Notes: generated from the sequence alone by a model not told the origin. A stretch of 63,650 bases of DNA, filler included, from Octopus bimaculoides (GCF_001194135.2; 6 parts of 5 records of this genome joined end to end with filler, not necessarily neighbours in it), one strand, 5' to 3'; counted from the first letter of the whole stretch, positions 26,411 through 41,345 are shown. Program-made: numbers and translations.

Positions 26411-27062
26411 NNNNNNNNNNNNNNNNNNNNNNNNNNNNNNNNNNNNNNNNNNNNNNNNNNNNNNNNNNNNNNNNNNNNNNNNNNNNNNNNNNNNNNNNNN
26501 NNNNNNNNNNNNNNNNNNNNNNNNNNNNNNNNNNNNNNNNNNNNNNNNNNNNNNNNNNNNNNNNNNNNNNNNNNNNNNNNNNNNNNNNNNNNNNNNNNNN
26601 NNNNNNNNNNNNNNNNNNNNNNNNNNNNNNNNNNNNNNNNNNNNNNNNNNNNNNNNNNNNNNNNNNNNNNNNNNNNNNNNNNNNNNNNNNNNNNNNNNNN
26701 NNNNNNNNNNNNNNNNNNNNNNNNNNNNNNNNNNNNNNNNNNNNNNNNNNNNNNNNNNNNNNNNNNNNNNNNNNNNNNNNNNNNNNNNNNNNNNNNNNNN
26801 NNNNNNNNNNNNNNNNNNNNNNNNNNNNNNNNNNNNNNNNNNNNNNNNNNNNNNNNNNNNNNNNNNNNNNNNNNNNNNNNNNNNNNNNNNNNNNNNNNNN
26901 NNNNNNNNNNNNNNNNNNNNNNNNNNNNNNNNNNNNNNNNNNNNNNNNNNNNNNNNNNNNNNNNNNNNNNNNNNNNNNNNNNNNNNNNNNNNNNNNNNNN
27001 NNNNNNNNNNNNNNNNNNNNNNNNNNNNNNNNNNNNNNNNNNNNNNNNNNNNNNNNNNNNAT

Positions 27063-27241
27063 ATAAATATATATACGACAGGCTTCTTTCAGTTTCCGTC
27101 TACCAAATCCACTCACAAGGCTTTGGTCGGCCCGAGGCTATAGTAGAAGACACTTGCCCAAGGTGTCATGCAGTGGGAATGAACCCGGAACCATGTGGTT
27201 GGTAAGCAAGCTACTTACCACACAGCCACTCCTGCGCCTAT
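27063..27241 (-). mobile_element. SINE family C, 5' half
   Basis: Minus: taggcgcaggagtggctgtgtggtaagtagcttgcttaccaaccacatggttccgggttc, CORE-like ccttgggcaagtgtcttc. Confidence 0.9.
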
Positions 27242-28051
27242 ATTCCTTAATTTCAATTTCAAATTTCTAATTCAGCTAAAAATTATGAACAAAGGATTAT
27301 CTCCCTTGTAATAACTGTCCACTTGGAGACAACATTCCTTTGAAAACATTGGATTTCGAATATGAAACGCTCCAATTGAACTGTTGACAACTATCAGAAC
27401 GCTAGTTTACAAAGAAATGCCTCTTCTGCTTGGTAGAACAGGGTATTACTATTATAAAGTATCAGCTTGAAACAAATATCTACACCTCAAATAATATTTC
27501 GAAAACGGCTTTTGAATTTTTTATAGTTATAACTAAATTAAAAATATTGACTATTATAAGAGATCTTCATAATGTAAACTACTAGCGACCTATGAAGAAA
27601 TTAAAGCAAGGTATAATCCTCTGTTCTCCTTAGAAGTAAGCACGTGCATTGCCAGAAAATTTCTAAAAGTAGTACATGCACGCTTCTTTAATAATCACTG
27701 ATTTCGATGACTCTTCCACAAAAACACAATTAAACACCACCGATTCGCTGATGCATATTGACTAAAAATCTTAATCCTTCAAATATTTGGCACACTATCG
27801 CAAGATGTAGCTGCGTAAATCTGGCCTCGTTTTGATCAGATGGACGATATCTCACAAATTGTATTATCTATTGTACAGACCCATTCAAGATGCGATGCAA
27901 ACAACATGCGCATACTTTTTAAAACCCAACCATACACACACAAACCACTTTGTCAAGATATATTTGGACTGTGAGGAACGAATGCATAAAATCAGAGACC
28001 ACGAAGAAAATTTTTGAGATATGCGAAAAATGTAACAAACATTACGGATAC

Positions 28052-28082
<31 letters not shown>

Positions 28083-28157
28083 TGTATGTATGCACGTATG
28101 TATGTGTGTGTATGTATATGTATATATATTTTACATGTATATATGTATATACGTATA

Positions 28158-28193
<36 letters not shown>

Positions 28194-28451
28194 TATATAC
28201 ATATTAATAAATACATATACATGTATGTATGTATGTATGTGTGTATGTATGTATGTATGTATGTATGTATGTATGTATGTATGTATGTATAATCAGCTAA
28301 TGAAAATAACTCAAGTATGAATCGTGACGACGTCAGGAATTTAGATCAACTAAATAGATATTAATGTACTGAATGGCCAATGCAAAAGATTTTGTTTCCA
28401 GATTTTTCTCTTAGCGATAACTGTAAATGCATCTCAATGTAGATGTATGTA

Positions 28452-28510
<59 letters not shown>

Positions 28511-28546
28511 TCATATGTATATATACATATATATATTCATATGTAT

Positions 28547-28579
<33 letters not shown>

Positions 28580-29689
28580 CATATATATACATCTATGTAT
28601 TCATGCATGCATGTAAAGCATTCATGTGGTATACAGGCGTACTTTCTTTTTAACTTCCTTACATTTCTTTTCGCTTTTCTGTTTACTCGTTGTCTCTCTT
28701 TTGGGTTTATACTGATGAAGAGTTTACATCCGAAGCATTTGAGACATTTCTGTTTCTTTCAGCGTGAACTTAACATTTATTTTATCTTGTCTTTCGTGTT
28801 GTTATCTGCGCACGCGCGTGTGTGTGTATACACATGTGTGAACGTGTGTGTTCGTGAGAAAAATATACTTTTGTCTCGAAGTAGAGGAAACGCGTTCGAT
28901 TCTAGTTTACCACTGAAAGCACTTTAAATCAATACTTCCTGTTATATGATTGTCCAGCTTTGACAGAATCTGGACTGATACACACTATAAATGACATCTG
29001 ATTTTGGATGGTGGTGTTTATTCTTTGAAGAAGGTAATCTTCTATTGTTGTTGTTGTTATTTTTATTTATCTGTTTACTTGTTTTGTAATTTTTATTTAT
29101 TTGTTTGCTTGTTTTGTTTGTTTGTTTGTTTGTTTGATTTTGTTCTTTGTTTGTATTTTAATTTTTCAAAATTTTAATGCAGAGTTCTTTACGTTCCGCG
29201 TCCAAGTTCCGCCGAGATCAAATTTGCCTTTCATCCTTCGGGAATCGAGAAAATTACGTACGGGTCAGTGTTAGAAATCAGTTTTAATGCAGAAGAATCG
29301 TAACCGACGAACAAACCTGCACTAATCTGGTCTCTACTTGGATTTTAAATCCTTTGTAACAGCACTATATTCCATTCTTACACGAATCCTTTAACTCATG
29401 TTTGCATCAGTTTGTTTTGTTTTCCCTGTAAATAACTTGAAAAAGAAAAAAGAAGTCTGTCTAGAACCTACAGGTTCATCAGACTCAAAGATCACGAACC
29501 CAACACCCTAACTACTAAACAATGTGCCTTGGTTAGTAACAATATAATTTTATTTAAAAGAAAACAAAACAAACAACATATCGATAAGCTTAAAGCTAAC
29601 GGTTGAATATATATTTCATTAACTAACCGAGCTTAAATTTTGATAACCGTTTCCAAGAGATGAATTTCAAATTGAAAATATAAACATTT

Positions 29690-31750
29690 TACAAACGTAT
29701 CCTGTGTCTTCAACAACCAACAATATTGTCTTTAAAAAGGAGGATTCATTGGATAATGTGCTTCTAGTTTCATTGCTGTGGAAGTAATGCCTTTGAGCAA
29801 AGAACTTTTCGATTACGTCTGGCCTACGGTTAAATAGCAGCTACAACCCAAAATTATTGAGAAGAAGCATGACAAAATCTAAATGTCATTTACTCAACAT
29901 ATGAAGAGCCTTTCTTGCTATCTCGTATATTATGCCAACATGCATAGAAACGCTGTCTTATCTGTTGGTCTACAGATAGATGACAACAAAATCTCCACCA
30001 TAACGCTTAAGAAATGGCAAAAGTACTGCAGAAACGATGCTAGTTTGTCTTTAGTGTTTCTGAACGAATTCACTCCCGAGGTTGGAGTTCAGTTCAGTCT
30101 ACTTCATCGATAATTTTCTGGAGCTTGGAGTCATCTGCGACTGTTTTTTTCTTGATTTTATTATTTTTTATTTTGCTGAGCTTGATGACGCTTGAGATAT
30201 CATTTATGTAGGCTATAAAGAGAAGCAGGCCCAAACCAGTCGCCTGTTTAGTGATTTTTGCTGGGTTTGAGTGGATTCCACCGATCGCAACATGCTGTGT
30301 TCTGTTTGCCTGGAAATACGTAATCCAGAGTAGCAGTTTGCTACGGATTCCATTTCTGCGCAATTTTAACTGGAAGATATCGTGGTCAACTCTGCCGAAC
30401 GCTTCGCTGAAATCCAAATATCTGAACCTAATCCCAAAGCTTTGGGGACATCATCGATGTGATGTAAAAGCTTTGTAAGACAGTCCCTACCACATCGAAA
30501 GCCATGCTAGTTGGAATTTAAAAGGTTGTGGCTTTCCAGAAAGCCAGTTATCTTTGATTTTACCAGCCTTTCAAATATTTTGATGATGTGTGAGGTGAGG
30601 GAGATGGGGCGATAGTTAACTGCAAGAAACATGTTACCCTGTTTGAATACCCAGACGATAGATTGGGATAAGAACTGTTTCAGTATATAGCCTGAATTTA
30701 AAGAGTTTCTCCAGAGATTTGTTAGAAGTGTTGCGAGTTGGTGTCTACATTCCTTCGGGGCAGTTGCGGGGAATCTATCAGGGCCTACAGTAGAATAATA
30801 CTTGATTTCATTTATTGCTGCTATGATGTCTGAGATAGTAAAAGTTATGTTCGAGATTATGTTGGGGATTGAGTTCGTTCAGATCCCTTGCGTCAATATC
30901 TATGAAATCACTAAGGACAGACCAGTATTGTTTCTGCAATACTTCTGCTATTTCTCAAGCGTCATGGTGGAGAATGCTGTTATTCTTTACCACAAGGAAA
31001 GTGCAATATGAAAGACGTTACTCGTCATTTCAATATATGGCAAAATTGCTGTGTTGATTGATCTGTGACTACCAGATCCATATTAAATGAAATAGGTCGG
31101 GTTTTTCTTGACTACCACCAAGCTTACTGGACCCTCACAGTACAAGAACTTACTCAGTTTTGAGAAAATCATAAAAATAACTTTGACTAACGTGGATACT
31201 CATTAGCCACCTCGTATTCTACCGTTTTACTTTTATACTTTGTGTATTTTCTTCTTCAAACGGCCACAATCGAGATGTGTTTCGCAACGCCGCACCAGGA
31301 ATCACTGCTTCCAACCAATACCTTTGGTAGACCTTCAGTTCCATGCTGTGTGCCTCTCCAATTACAGTGATATAGTTGAGTAGTCTTATAGTTGTATAGG
31401 GTGCAGAAGTTTTCGAAATATCTGATATGGGTTATTATTCAGCATGATAGCTTCAGCCAGTGAAGTTGTCCTTGCGTTGAGTAATAGTAGTAGTGATGGA
31501 TGTAAGTTGTTCATAAATCTCTTTGGTCTTGTGCAAACGCCAAAAGATGCCCTAAGCCTTCGTGGAAAACACAGTGTACGTGCCATCAATGCAACCTTCA
31601 AAACTCCTTAAAAACCCAGGTTTCTGTTTCATAGAGAAGAGTGTTCTCGACACACGTCCTGAAGAAAGCCAGTCTTAACTTTGAAAATATTGGATTGCCA
31701 GGTGGTTTAAAGCTTGTTACAGACACGCCAAAGTTGTCCTTTGCATATCA
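29690..31750 (-). mobile_element. Decayed CR1-clade LINE (RT plus upstream region)
   Basis: DFSEAFGRVDH..LKLRRNGIRSKLLLWI...RTQHV...GLLLFIAYINDI...ADDSKL; boundaries approximate. Confidence 0.85.
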
Positions 31751-33027
31751 AGAATCTTTGTTACTGTCAGCAGTATAAGAACCATTTAGAGTCACTGAGT
31801 TTATATTTGGTAAGCTTTGATAATTTGATGCTTTCCGTTAATATAACCGTGTTCTTGCATTCAAAGGATATGCCACGCAAACAGTCCCATATCTTTAGCC
31901 AATTCATTGTCATGTCATTGAACACACCCTCCCCCACTTAAGGCTTACTCAGTATCATAGAAGGAAGAATGCAACCTTAAGCTTTACTCCTCGGCAACGA
32001 GACATTATTGATCTCATAACAACTATATTATGCACCGAGCCTTAAAATTTCTAATGCGATGCAAAGAATCATTAGCTCTTATTCAAAAGCGAATATTTTT
32101 AACATTGCTAAAGCTATTTCAACGGAATAATTGGATTGTTTTTGAAGTCAATAATTGCATCACTAAGAAAATCTACATGAAAACACTCAATTCTAATTTC
32201 GAGCAGTGCATGAATGAATCACTTTCTACCACTGGACCTAAACACAAGCCGTATCCAACTCCACTCGAAATTAATTGTTTTAACTCTACCTCTATATTTC
32301 TCGTCACCCACACTGTGGGTATTCTACTTGATCTACAGAATGTTACATGAACTCATTTATTTACAGAACTAGCGTCACATTCAATCCTTTCTTCACCTTG
32401 CAATCCTGAAACACAATTAACCAGCAATTATAAAAACTGCACCACTTTGTATCTGCAGTGATCTGCAATACTGCTCGTAGTAGAAATGCTATGCTATTCT
32501 CTTTGGACACGATGACAAGAGTGAACCAAATAATTTGTAAAGTATCTAAATGTTTAAATACAAACGCATACAATCGCGGCGAAATTATCAGATTTGACAG
32601 GGCCCTGGGCTAAGAAAACATTTAGTTTCGCCTAACTAGTTTCTCAGTTCGAATCTCGCTGTGGCCGACTTTATCTTTCACACCGTGGTGGTGGTAAGGC
32701 GATAAAACTAACATCCAGTATTGTACTGGAAAGGATTCCAGCAACTATGTATAGCCATGCTTTACAAATATTCGTGTTTTCTCTGAATCAATAGATACCA
32801 ATAATAAACGGGATTTAACTTTGAATTTCAGAGCCGTTGTTGATGGACTCAACTGATGAGAGTGAGTATGCTAAATCTCGATTTGCATCAGATAATCAGG
32901 TTTACATTATAATACAGTACTCCTTTAAAACTGAATTAAGATATATTATAGATATTGATTCAACAAGACATGAGGTCTCAAATTTTCAGAGTAAAGGAAA
33001 GGGAAAAGTCATGCCACTCACAAGGGT

Positions 33028-33167
<140 letters not shown>

Positions 33168-33811
33168 NNNNNNNNNNNNNNNNNNNNNNNNNNNNNNNNN
33201 NNNNNNNNNNNNNNNNNNNNNNNNNNNNNNNNNNNNNNNNNNNNNNNNNNNNNNNNNNNNNNNNNNNNNNNNNNNNNNNNNNNNNNNNNNNNNNNNNNNN
33301 NNNNNNNNNNNNNNNNNNNNNNNNNNNNNNNNNNNNNNNNNNNNNNNNNNNNNNNNNNNNNNNNNNNNNNNNNNNNNNNNNNNNNNNNNNNNNNNNNNNN
33401 NNNNNNNNNNNNNNNNNNNNNNNNNNNNNNNNNNNNNNNNNNNNNNNNNNNNNNNNNNNNNNNNNNNNNNNNNNNNNNNNNNNNNNNNNNNNNNNNNNNN
33501 NNNNNNNNNNNNNNNNNNNNNNNNNNNNNNNNNNNNNNNNNNNNNNNNNNNNNNNNNNNNNNNNNNNNNNNNNNNNNNNNNNNNNNNNNNNNNNNNNNNN
33601 NNNNNNNNNNNNNNNNNNNNNNNNNNNNNNNNNNNNNNNNNNNNNNNNNNNNNNNNNNNNNNNNNNNNNNNNNNNNNNNNNNNNNNNNNNNNNNNNNNNN
33701 NNNNNNNNNNNNNNNNNNNNNNNNNNNNNNNNNNNNNNNNNNNNNNNNNNNNNNNNNNNNNNNNNNNNNNNNNNNNNNNNNNNNNNNNNNNNNNNNNNNN
33801 NNNNNNNNNNN

Positions 33812-33925
33812 TAAGGCGGTGAGCTGGCAGAATCATTAGCACACCGGGCGAAATGCTTAGCAGTATTTCATGTCTTCGTGTTCTGAGTTCAAATTCTGTG
33901 AAGGCCGACTTTGCGTTCTTCCATT
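33812..33925 (+). mobile_element. MetaSINE-like SINE (family B), 5' part
   Basis: taaggcggtgagctggcagaatcattagc...gagttcaaattc...gccgactttgc. Confidence 0.8.
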
Positions 33926-34383
33926 TTTAAATTTCCAGGTATCTGAGATAGATAGCAAGCAGCCTGTTTTGCTATCATTCCTTGGGTACCTATGACAACA
34001 GTCATCGGTTTAGTCTTGAGGTTCCACATTTTCTAATTTCTATTTCTATTTTTTTTACATTTGTTCAGTTTTTGGTAGGCCTTGATAGACACATTTATGC
34101 CGATTGAGACAGTTATATCGATGAGGAGGCAAAACATTTGTAATAACTGGGAAAGCTCTATATATTTGTAATGCCTGAGTAATCCAAGAGTAAGGTACAC
34201 CATCGAAGACTTTTCGGTAGTCTATTTATGCTGTGCTTAGTTTTCGTTTCATGATAATTTTCAAGTGTTATGTTGTTGATGAGTTGGTCTTTGCAGTCAA
34301 ATAAACTTTTTTTGACAGCCCTTCTGTTCAACAAGAAATATATTGTTTTCGAAAAAAGTACGTCTGCTATTATGATGATTATT

Positions 34384-34580
34384 AAGGCGACGAGCAGGCT
34401 GAACTGCTAGTATTTCGTCCGTCTTTTCGTTCTGAAGTTCAAATTCCGCCGAGGTCGACTTTACTTTTCATCCTTTCGGGATCGATAAAATAAGTAACAG
34501 TTGATCACTGGGATCGATGTAGTCGACTTACCTTGTCCCATGAAATTGCTGGCCTTGTGTCAGAATTTGAAATCATTATT
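34384..34580 (+). mobile_element. MetaSINE-like SINE (family B)
   Basis: Core gaggtcgactttacttttcatcctttcgggatcgataaaataagtaacag; other copies at ~29180, 37440(-), 49830, 55040(-), 57895(-). Confidence 0.85.
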
Positions 34581-34991
34581 ATTTAATGAAAACTCTCAGA
34601 TTATTTTGCTGTGGGTATGATGGAAAGTGTCAGCTGTCCACAGCCAGCAGACTAAAGTATACTTGTTTACTAGTCATGCTTCAAGAACCCCGTGAAGAAT
34701 TCTTACAGTTCCAAGCAATGCTGATTTGTGTAGGTGTTCTGTCTTTATAATTGTATCAATCTTTTTAAGCCATGTTGGTAGTTGAGTACTGATACTTCTA
34801 AGTGCGCCAATTGCTACTCTCCTCATTGACTACAGCCTTCGTATTTCCTACTTCAAATCGTCATAGTTGTTCAGTTTTTCTTCTTTTTTAGTGGGGTGGA
34901 GTCCTGTTGTCACCGGGGTATGCTATGTCGATTATCATACAAGTTCTTCCTTTTTTTATTCTCTACAATAATGTCTGGTTTCCGATTATTA

Positions 34992-35051
<60 letters not shown>

Positions 35052-35331
35052 GTCAAAACGAAGAGCGCGATTTTAGATGTTTTATTTTTTGAACAACATT
35101 TCTACAGAACGTCTGTCTTTCTCAAGTTCAAACCAAAAGGTGATTGAAAATTCAAAATTTCAGAAACCAAACGTAAACTATGAACGTGAGTAATCAGCGT
35201 CCATACGTTGANNNNNNNNNNNNNNNNNNNNNNNNNNNNNNNNNNNNNNNNNNNNTTAATTAATTAANNNNNNNNNNNNNNNNNNNNNNNNNNNNNNNNN
35301 NNNNNNNNNNNTATATATATATATATATATA

Positions 35332-36222
35332 TTGGGTCGTCCTACAGTTAATGCGGTTTTTTTATACTTCTTTTATTCTTCATAATTAAGATAAACAGAG
35401 TTCTTTTTTAATCTAAAATATACTCTCCTTCATTTTCTACAATGCTCTTCCATCTATCTGCTAGACTTGAAAGGCCCCTCTTCAAAAATTCACTTGTCTG
35501 TGATGAGAAATACTCCTCCAGTACTGTTCTAACCTCATCTGCAGAATTCATATTTTTTCTTCCAAATGATTTTGAAGACAGCAGAATAAATGATAATCAG
35601 GTGGGGCATTGTCCGGTGAATATGGTGTGTGGGGTAACATTTCCCATTCAAACTGCTCCAACCTTCGGAACGTCATCCTCGCTGTATGTGGCTGAGCATT
35701 ATCCTGATGGAAGAAAACCTTTTGTCTTGAAACCAAAGATAATCGTTTTTCTTCTAGTGCTGATATTGATGAATGGTTGAATTACAAAATCCATTCTCTC
35801 TGCTAGTTCCTTAACAGTTACGGTGGGATTTTGTTCCACCAAAGTTTGCAGGACGTCCTCATCAAGCTCTACAGATCTTCCAGGACAAGGCTCGTCTTCT
35901 AGGCTGTAGTTTCCAGCTTGGAATTTCTGGAACCACCGTTGACACTGGCTAACACTTATACTGCATTAATATTCCTCTCACTTTCCGTTGCATTGTTGCC
36001 TTTATTGAAATCATAAAGTAAAATATGCCAAATATGCTCCTTTGTCACTTCCATTATAGCTTTGAAAACTAACTGTTAAAAAACTAACTGTTAACTTCAA
36101 GACTTGCACTCTAAGAATAAGGATAAAATAAAATTACTACCTGCTTTTATAGCAAGTTGATGCAGGTAGTTTATCCCCTCCCCCTCTGACTTTTAGTTCA
36201 TGCACTTGCATAAACCGCATTT
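35332..36222 (-). mobile_element. Internally deleted mariner transposon
   Basis: QDNAQPHTA...WEMLPHTPYSPDNAPPDYHLF and WFQKFQAGNYSLEDEPCPGRS motifs; TIR-like ttgggtcgtcctacagttaatgcggttt; right boundary uncertain. Confidence 0.9.
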
Positions 36223-36435
36223 ATGTGTGTGTGTTTGTATATATATATATGTGTGTATATGTATATATATATATATATATATATAAATANNNNNNNNNNN
36301 NNNNNNNNNNNNNNNNNNNNNNNNNNNNNNNNNNNNNNNNNNNNNNNNNNNNNNNNNNNGGTAAATTGAAATTTAGAGGTAATACTTGACAATTGTAAGC
36401 ACCTGTGTATTCCAGCTAGTGGTTGCGGTGAAAGA

Positions 36436-36749
36436 ATAAATTGTAAATCCAAAAAATAACAACAAAACTACAAAGGATTCCGCGGTACGCGTGTTTCAAG
36501 CTTTATATGTGTATAATATAATATGTGTATAATTTACAGTGTAAAGCTATCCACCTCTTACATCACACCTTTCTTCCTACTTCAACGCCGAGGTGGTATA
36601 ATTTCCTGGGAGAGGAATAATTTTGCGGCTGAGGATAGCTTTACATTGTAAATTATACACATATTATATTATACACATATAAAGCTTGAAACACGTGTAC
36701 CGCGGAATCCTTTGTAGTTTTGTTGTTATTTTTTGGATTTACAATTTAT
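36436..36749. repeat. Fold-back inverted repeat (117-bp arms, 80-bp spacer) of a hammerhead-bearing repeat
   Basis: 36436-36552 is the reverse complement of 36633-36749 with ~2 mismatches; no gap inside. Confidence 0.97.
36621..36707 (+). ncRNA. Minimal type-I hammerhead ribozyme motif
   Basis: UUUUGCGG-CUGAGGA-U-AGCUUUA...UAAAGCU-U-GAAA-CACGUGUA-CCGCGGAA; 8-bp stem I, palindrome ACACGUGU, cleavage after 36699; U.U at base of stem II. Confidence 0.75.
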
Positions 36750-36862
36750 ATATATATATATAGGCTCATAGAGAAAACAATGTATATTGTGTTCTGTGGA
36801 AAAGGGGAATAGAAGAAGGAAGACTAATACTTTAACATCATAACTATCCCTCTTTTTATAAT

Positions 36863-36898
<36 letters not shown>

Positions 36899-37055
36899 CC
36901 CCCACTTTCTAGGCTTCACTCTCGGCTTCAATTCTAGACATACATGTTCTGTATACTCAAGCAACTTTCATTCAATTAACAAACGCATTGACACAAACAT
37001 ACTTGTGCATGTACTCACATGTACTAATCCTGATGTAGATATATATGGAAACACG

Positions 37056-37120
<65 letters not shown>

Positions 37121-38792
37121 CATTTGATAAAACAGTGTCTAAGTTGATGTCCAATGACTTAGTGGTGCAACTGAAAAATGTTATTAAGATAAGCACCAGG
37201 CTAGAAATAAAGTAACAGTTGTATCGATGTCATCACCTACAACTACTTATTGTGATGTATCAGCATAGTTGTGACCCAGAAACTGCAAAAGGTAAAAGAA
37301 TGCAGTAGATCAGCCAAACCCATGCCAGCATGGAAAACGGACATTAAGTGTTGATGGTGATGTTGCTGATGCTGCTGCTGCTGATGATGATAATGATTAT
37401 CATCATCATCACCATCATCATTATCATGAATATATAATTGTTTCAAATTTTGACACGAGCCCTGTAATTTTGAGGAGATGGGGTATTAGTCAATTACATC
37501 AACCCCCAGATTTTTGAGTGGTACTTACTTGATCAACACTGAAAGGACAAAAGACAAAGTTGACTTCAGCAGAATTCAAACACAGAATGTCTGTATATGA
37601 TAAGGAAAGTGTTTATCTTTGGTGCTAGATTGCCAGTTGTACATGTGGCACCAATCTATGATAAAGTATAATGTTGATAACTACCATGTGAGCAGACAAA
37701 TACATATCTACATATTACAACAATATATGATATAGTACAATATTGACAACAACTATATTTGCAGTTGAAATTTGTATGTTAATTATTGTTGTATTTGGAT
37801 GACTCACCTAAATCTTAATTACAATACTGCTATTCTTTGCCCTATTCTAGTACTGAATATATCGTGGTTGTGTGATATGAATGTGTTTAGTGTGTTTTTC
37901 ATGCGGGTGTTGATTTTAGTTTTAGTCTATTGGTTTTCAGTTGAAACAGGTTTTAGTTTCTACGTTTTCTCTTTTTATTTTTAATTTGATCTCAGTATTG
38001 GTATGATGCTTTTTATTTGATTATCTTCTATGAAACTCTTTTATCAGTTTTATAATAAGAATTTACGAGATTTTTCATTACAGATTATATGTCTGTCGAT
38101 GTGAGATGTGCTGTTTATTCCCTGATTGAATTCATAGACAGCTGTGTCTACCAATTTGTTTGTAGATCCATTATTGATTGATAGCCAAGTGAACATCCTA
38201 CCACATTCTGTTATAGATATTTAAGAATGGATATATTGCACTTCATAATGATTCCTACACCTCTGAGCTATCATTCTTACTATGCCTCATTTCTCAAATC
38301 TCTGCTTTAAATACTTTTTTTTATTTTTGTAAGTCCTTCCTTTCTAGAACTGCAACCCCCAGAAACTTTCTTTAAACCCACATTTTCCCTGCAAGCATCA
38401 ACCCACAGAAATTCAGGGTGATCATCTCCAACCACATCGACTTCAGGGAGGACTTTTTAAGGGCAACACACTCAACCATGACTCTTTTTCTTGGACTAAA
38501 TAATAAATAAGACATGATGTCACAAGGCAGTGCCAAAATTCAGTAGGTATTTGAAGAAAAAAAGGGCCACAAAAAAATCAGGCAAGAATTCCTGAAAATG
38601 ATCTTATCACTGCAGAGATATAATACTATTTAATGAATATAGTGGAAAACCAAACACTGAAAGTTTAAAACAACTGATAGACAATAATTGGACTTTAATT
38701 AGAAATAGGTATTTAATACTAGATAAATCCCAGAGTAGTAATTTCAGGTCTCCATCATCATCATCATCATAGGTGCCATTACTACCGTCTAC

Positions 38793-38823
<31 letters not shown>

Positions 38824-38892
38824 AACACACACACACACACATATATATGCGCATGTGTGTGTATGTGTATTTCTATATTAACATATTTTTTC

Positions 38893-39096
38893 TTTTTTAC
38901 TTGTTTCAGTCATTAGACTGCACCCGTGCTGGGACCCTGCCTTGAAGAATTTTAATCGAAACTTATTGACCCCATTACTTATTATTTTTTGCAAGTGTGG
39001 TACTTATTCTCTCAGTTTGTTTTGCCAAAGTGATAGGTTATGGGGATGTAAACACATCAACACTTTGTCAAGTGGTGGTGGGGGACAAACACGGAA

Positions 39097-39100
<4 letters not shown>
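38893..39100 (-). mobile_element. SINE family C, 3' half (diverged)
   Basis: Same tail as 2224-2416, with CpG decay. Confidence 0.8.
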
Positions 39101-39144
<44 letters not shown>

Positions 39145-40159
39145 CATCATCATCATCCTCATCATTACCGTTCAATATCTGCTCTCCATGGGTTGGATGG
39201 TTTGACATGGAGCTGGCTAGCAGGATGCTGTCCAGACTCCAACTGCAAGTTTATGTCATCTAATGACAGGAAAGTTCATGATATATATATATTATAGATA
39301 TATGCATATATATATACATATACATACATATGTATATTTATGTATTTATATGTGTGTGTGTGTATATATATAGATATGTGTGTGTGTGTGTATATATATA
39401 TGCATATATATGGATGTATGTATATGCATAAATATATATATAAATATCATGGAGCCTTTCCATGATATGCATACATACATACACACATACACTCTCATTT
39501 ATATACTAGATATATATATATATATATATATATANNNNNNNNNNNNNNNNNNNNNNNNNNNNNNNNNNNNNNNNNNNNNNNNNNNNNNNNNNNNNNNNNN
39601 NNNNNNNNNNNNNNNNNNNNNNNNNNNNNNNNNNNNNNNNNNNNNNNNNNNNNNNNNNNNNNNNNNNNNNNNNNNNNNNNNNNNNNNNNNNNNNNNNNNN
39701 NNNNNNNNNNNNNNNNNNNNNNNNNNNNNNNNNNNNNNNNNNNNNNNNNNNNNNNNNNNNNNNNNNNNNNNNNNNNNNNNNNNNNNNNNNNNNNNNNNNN
39801 NNNNNNNNNNNNNNNNNNNNNNNNNNNNNNNNNNNNNNNNNNNNNNNNNNNNNNNNNNNNNNNNNNNNNNNNNNNNNNNNNNNNNNNNNNNNNNNNNNNN
39901 NNNNNNNNNNNNNNNNNNNNNNNNNNNNNNNNNNNNNNNNNNNNNNNNNNNNNNNNNNNNNNNNNNNNNNNNNNNNNNNNNNNNNNNNNNNNNNNNNNNN
40001 NNNNNNNNNNNNNNNNNNNNNNNNNNNNNNNNNNNNNNNNNNNNNNNNNNNNNNNNNNNNNNNNNNNNNNNATATATATATATATATAATTATCTAATTT
40101 GGATGAGTGTGAAGTTATATAATCGGTTTGTTGCCTGACACTCCATTGTAATCTTTACA

Positions 40160-41345
40160 TGAAACCGATTGGTAAGACAGATGCAGGAGAAATACTTGGC
40201 CAGAGATAAACCTCTGTACTTGGTTTTTGTTGACGTGGAGACAGCCTTTAACAGGGTCCCACATCCCTTATCAGGTGGTCAATGTGGAAACTAGGGATAG
40301 ATGAATGATTGGTGAGAGTTGTACAAGCCATGTACATGAATGCTGTCAGTAAGATGAGGGCCAACAACAAATATAGTGAAGTATTCACTTGGTGGTTAAA
40401 TCATAAATCCCTTCAGATAGATGGCCCTGCTCGATCTGAAAAATAAATGTGTAGGAAGAAACTCTGTAAGATGTATCTGGTGTAAGCTATGGACACATAA
40501 GAGGTGGGTGCAGCAATATCAAAGTAAGGTTCACAGGGAAGATAGTTTTTGTGTGTGGAAGGTGCACAGGTACAATAAACGCCAAAAATGTGCAGAAAAT
40601 AGATTCCATCACATGCCAGGGGAAAAACTAGAAGCTTCCATTACCTAGGTGACCAAGTCAGTAGCAGGGGTGGATGCTCTGAGAGTATAGCTGTTAGAAT
40701 AAGAATAGGCAGGACAAAGTTCAGAGAGCTCCTACCCCTGCTGGTAACAAAGGGCCTCTTGTTCAGAGTGAAAGGCAGACTGCATGATGTTTGTGTGTAA
40801 ATAGCCATGCTACATGGCAGAGGAATATGAGCTGTGACTGCTGAGGACATGCAACGGCCTGTAAGAAATGAAACTAGTATGCTCTGCCGGATATGCAATG
40901 TCAGTGTGCCTGCACGACAGTGTAAGCATCCTGTGAGAAAAGTTAGACATAAGCAGCATCAGATGTGGTGTGCAAGAGAGACAGCTGCACTGGTATGGTC
41001 ATGTGATGTGTATGGATGAGGACAGCTGTGTCCTCATCGCATAACTAGCCCATTAAAAGCACCCTTCGATTATTGGGCGATATGCTGTGCTTGTGAAGAC
41101 CCCTCAAACCGAGTGAAATCATAGTTGTGGCCAATGCCAGTACCATCTGACTGGCACCCATACCAGTGGCATGCAAAAACACCCACTACACTCTCGGAGT
41201 GGTTGGCATTAGGAAAAGCATCCAGCCATAAAAACCTTGCCAAATCAGATCAGAATCTGGTGTATCTCCCCAGCTTGCTAGTTTTCAGTCAAACCATCCA
41301 ACCCACACCAGAATGGAAAGCAGATGTTAAATGATGATGATGATG
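40160..41345 (+). mobile_element. 5'-truncated, internally deleted RTE-clade LINE
   Basis: LVRQMQEKYLARDKPLYLVFVDVETAFNRVP...; ends ccagaatggaaagcagatgttaaa(tga)n. Confidence 0.9.

Noticed and set aside
28712-28745. CUGAUGA-A...CGAAGCAU hammerhead-like remnant
   Set aside because: GAAA altered, stem II weak and no stem I; possibly a decayed copy but unsupported.
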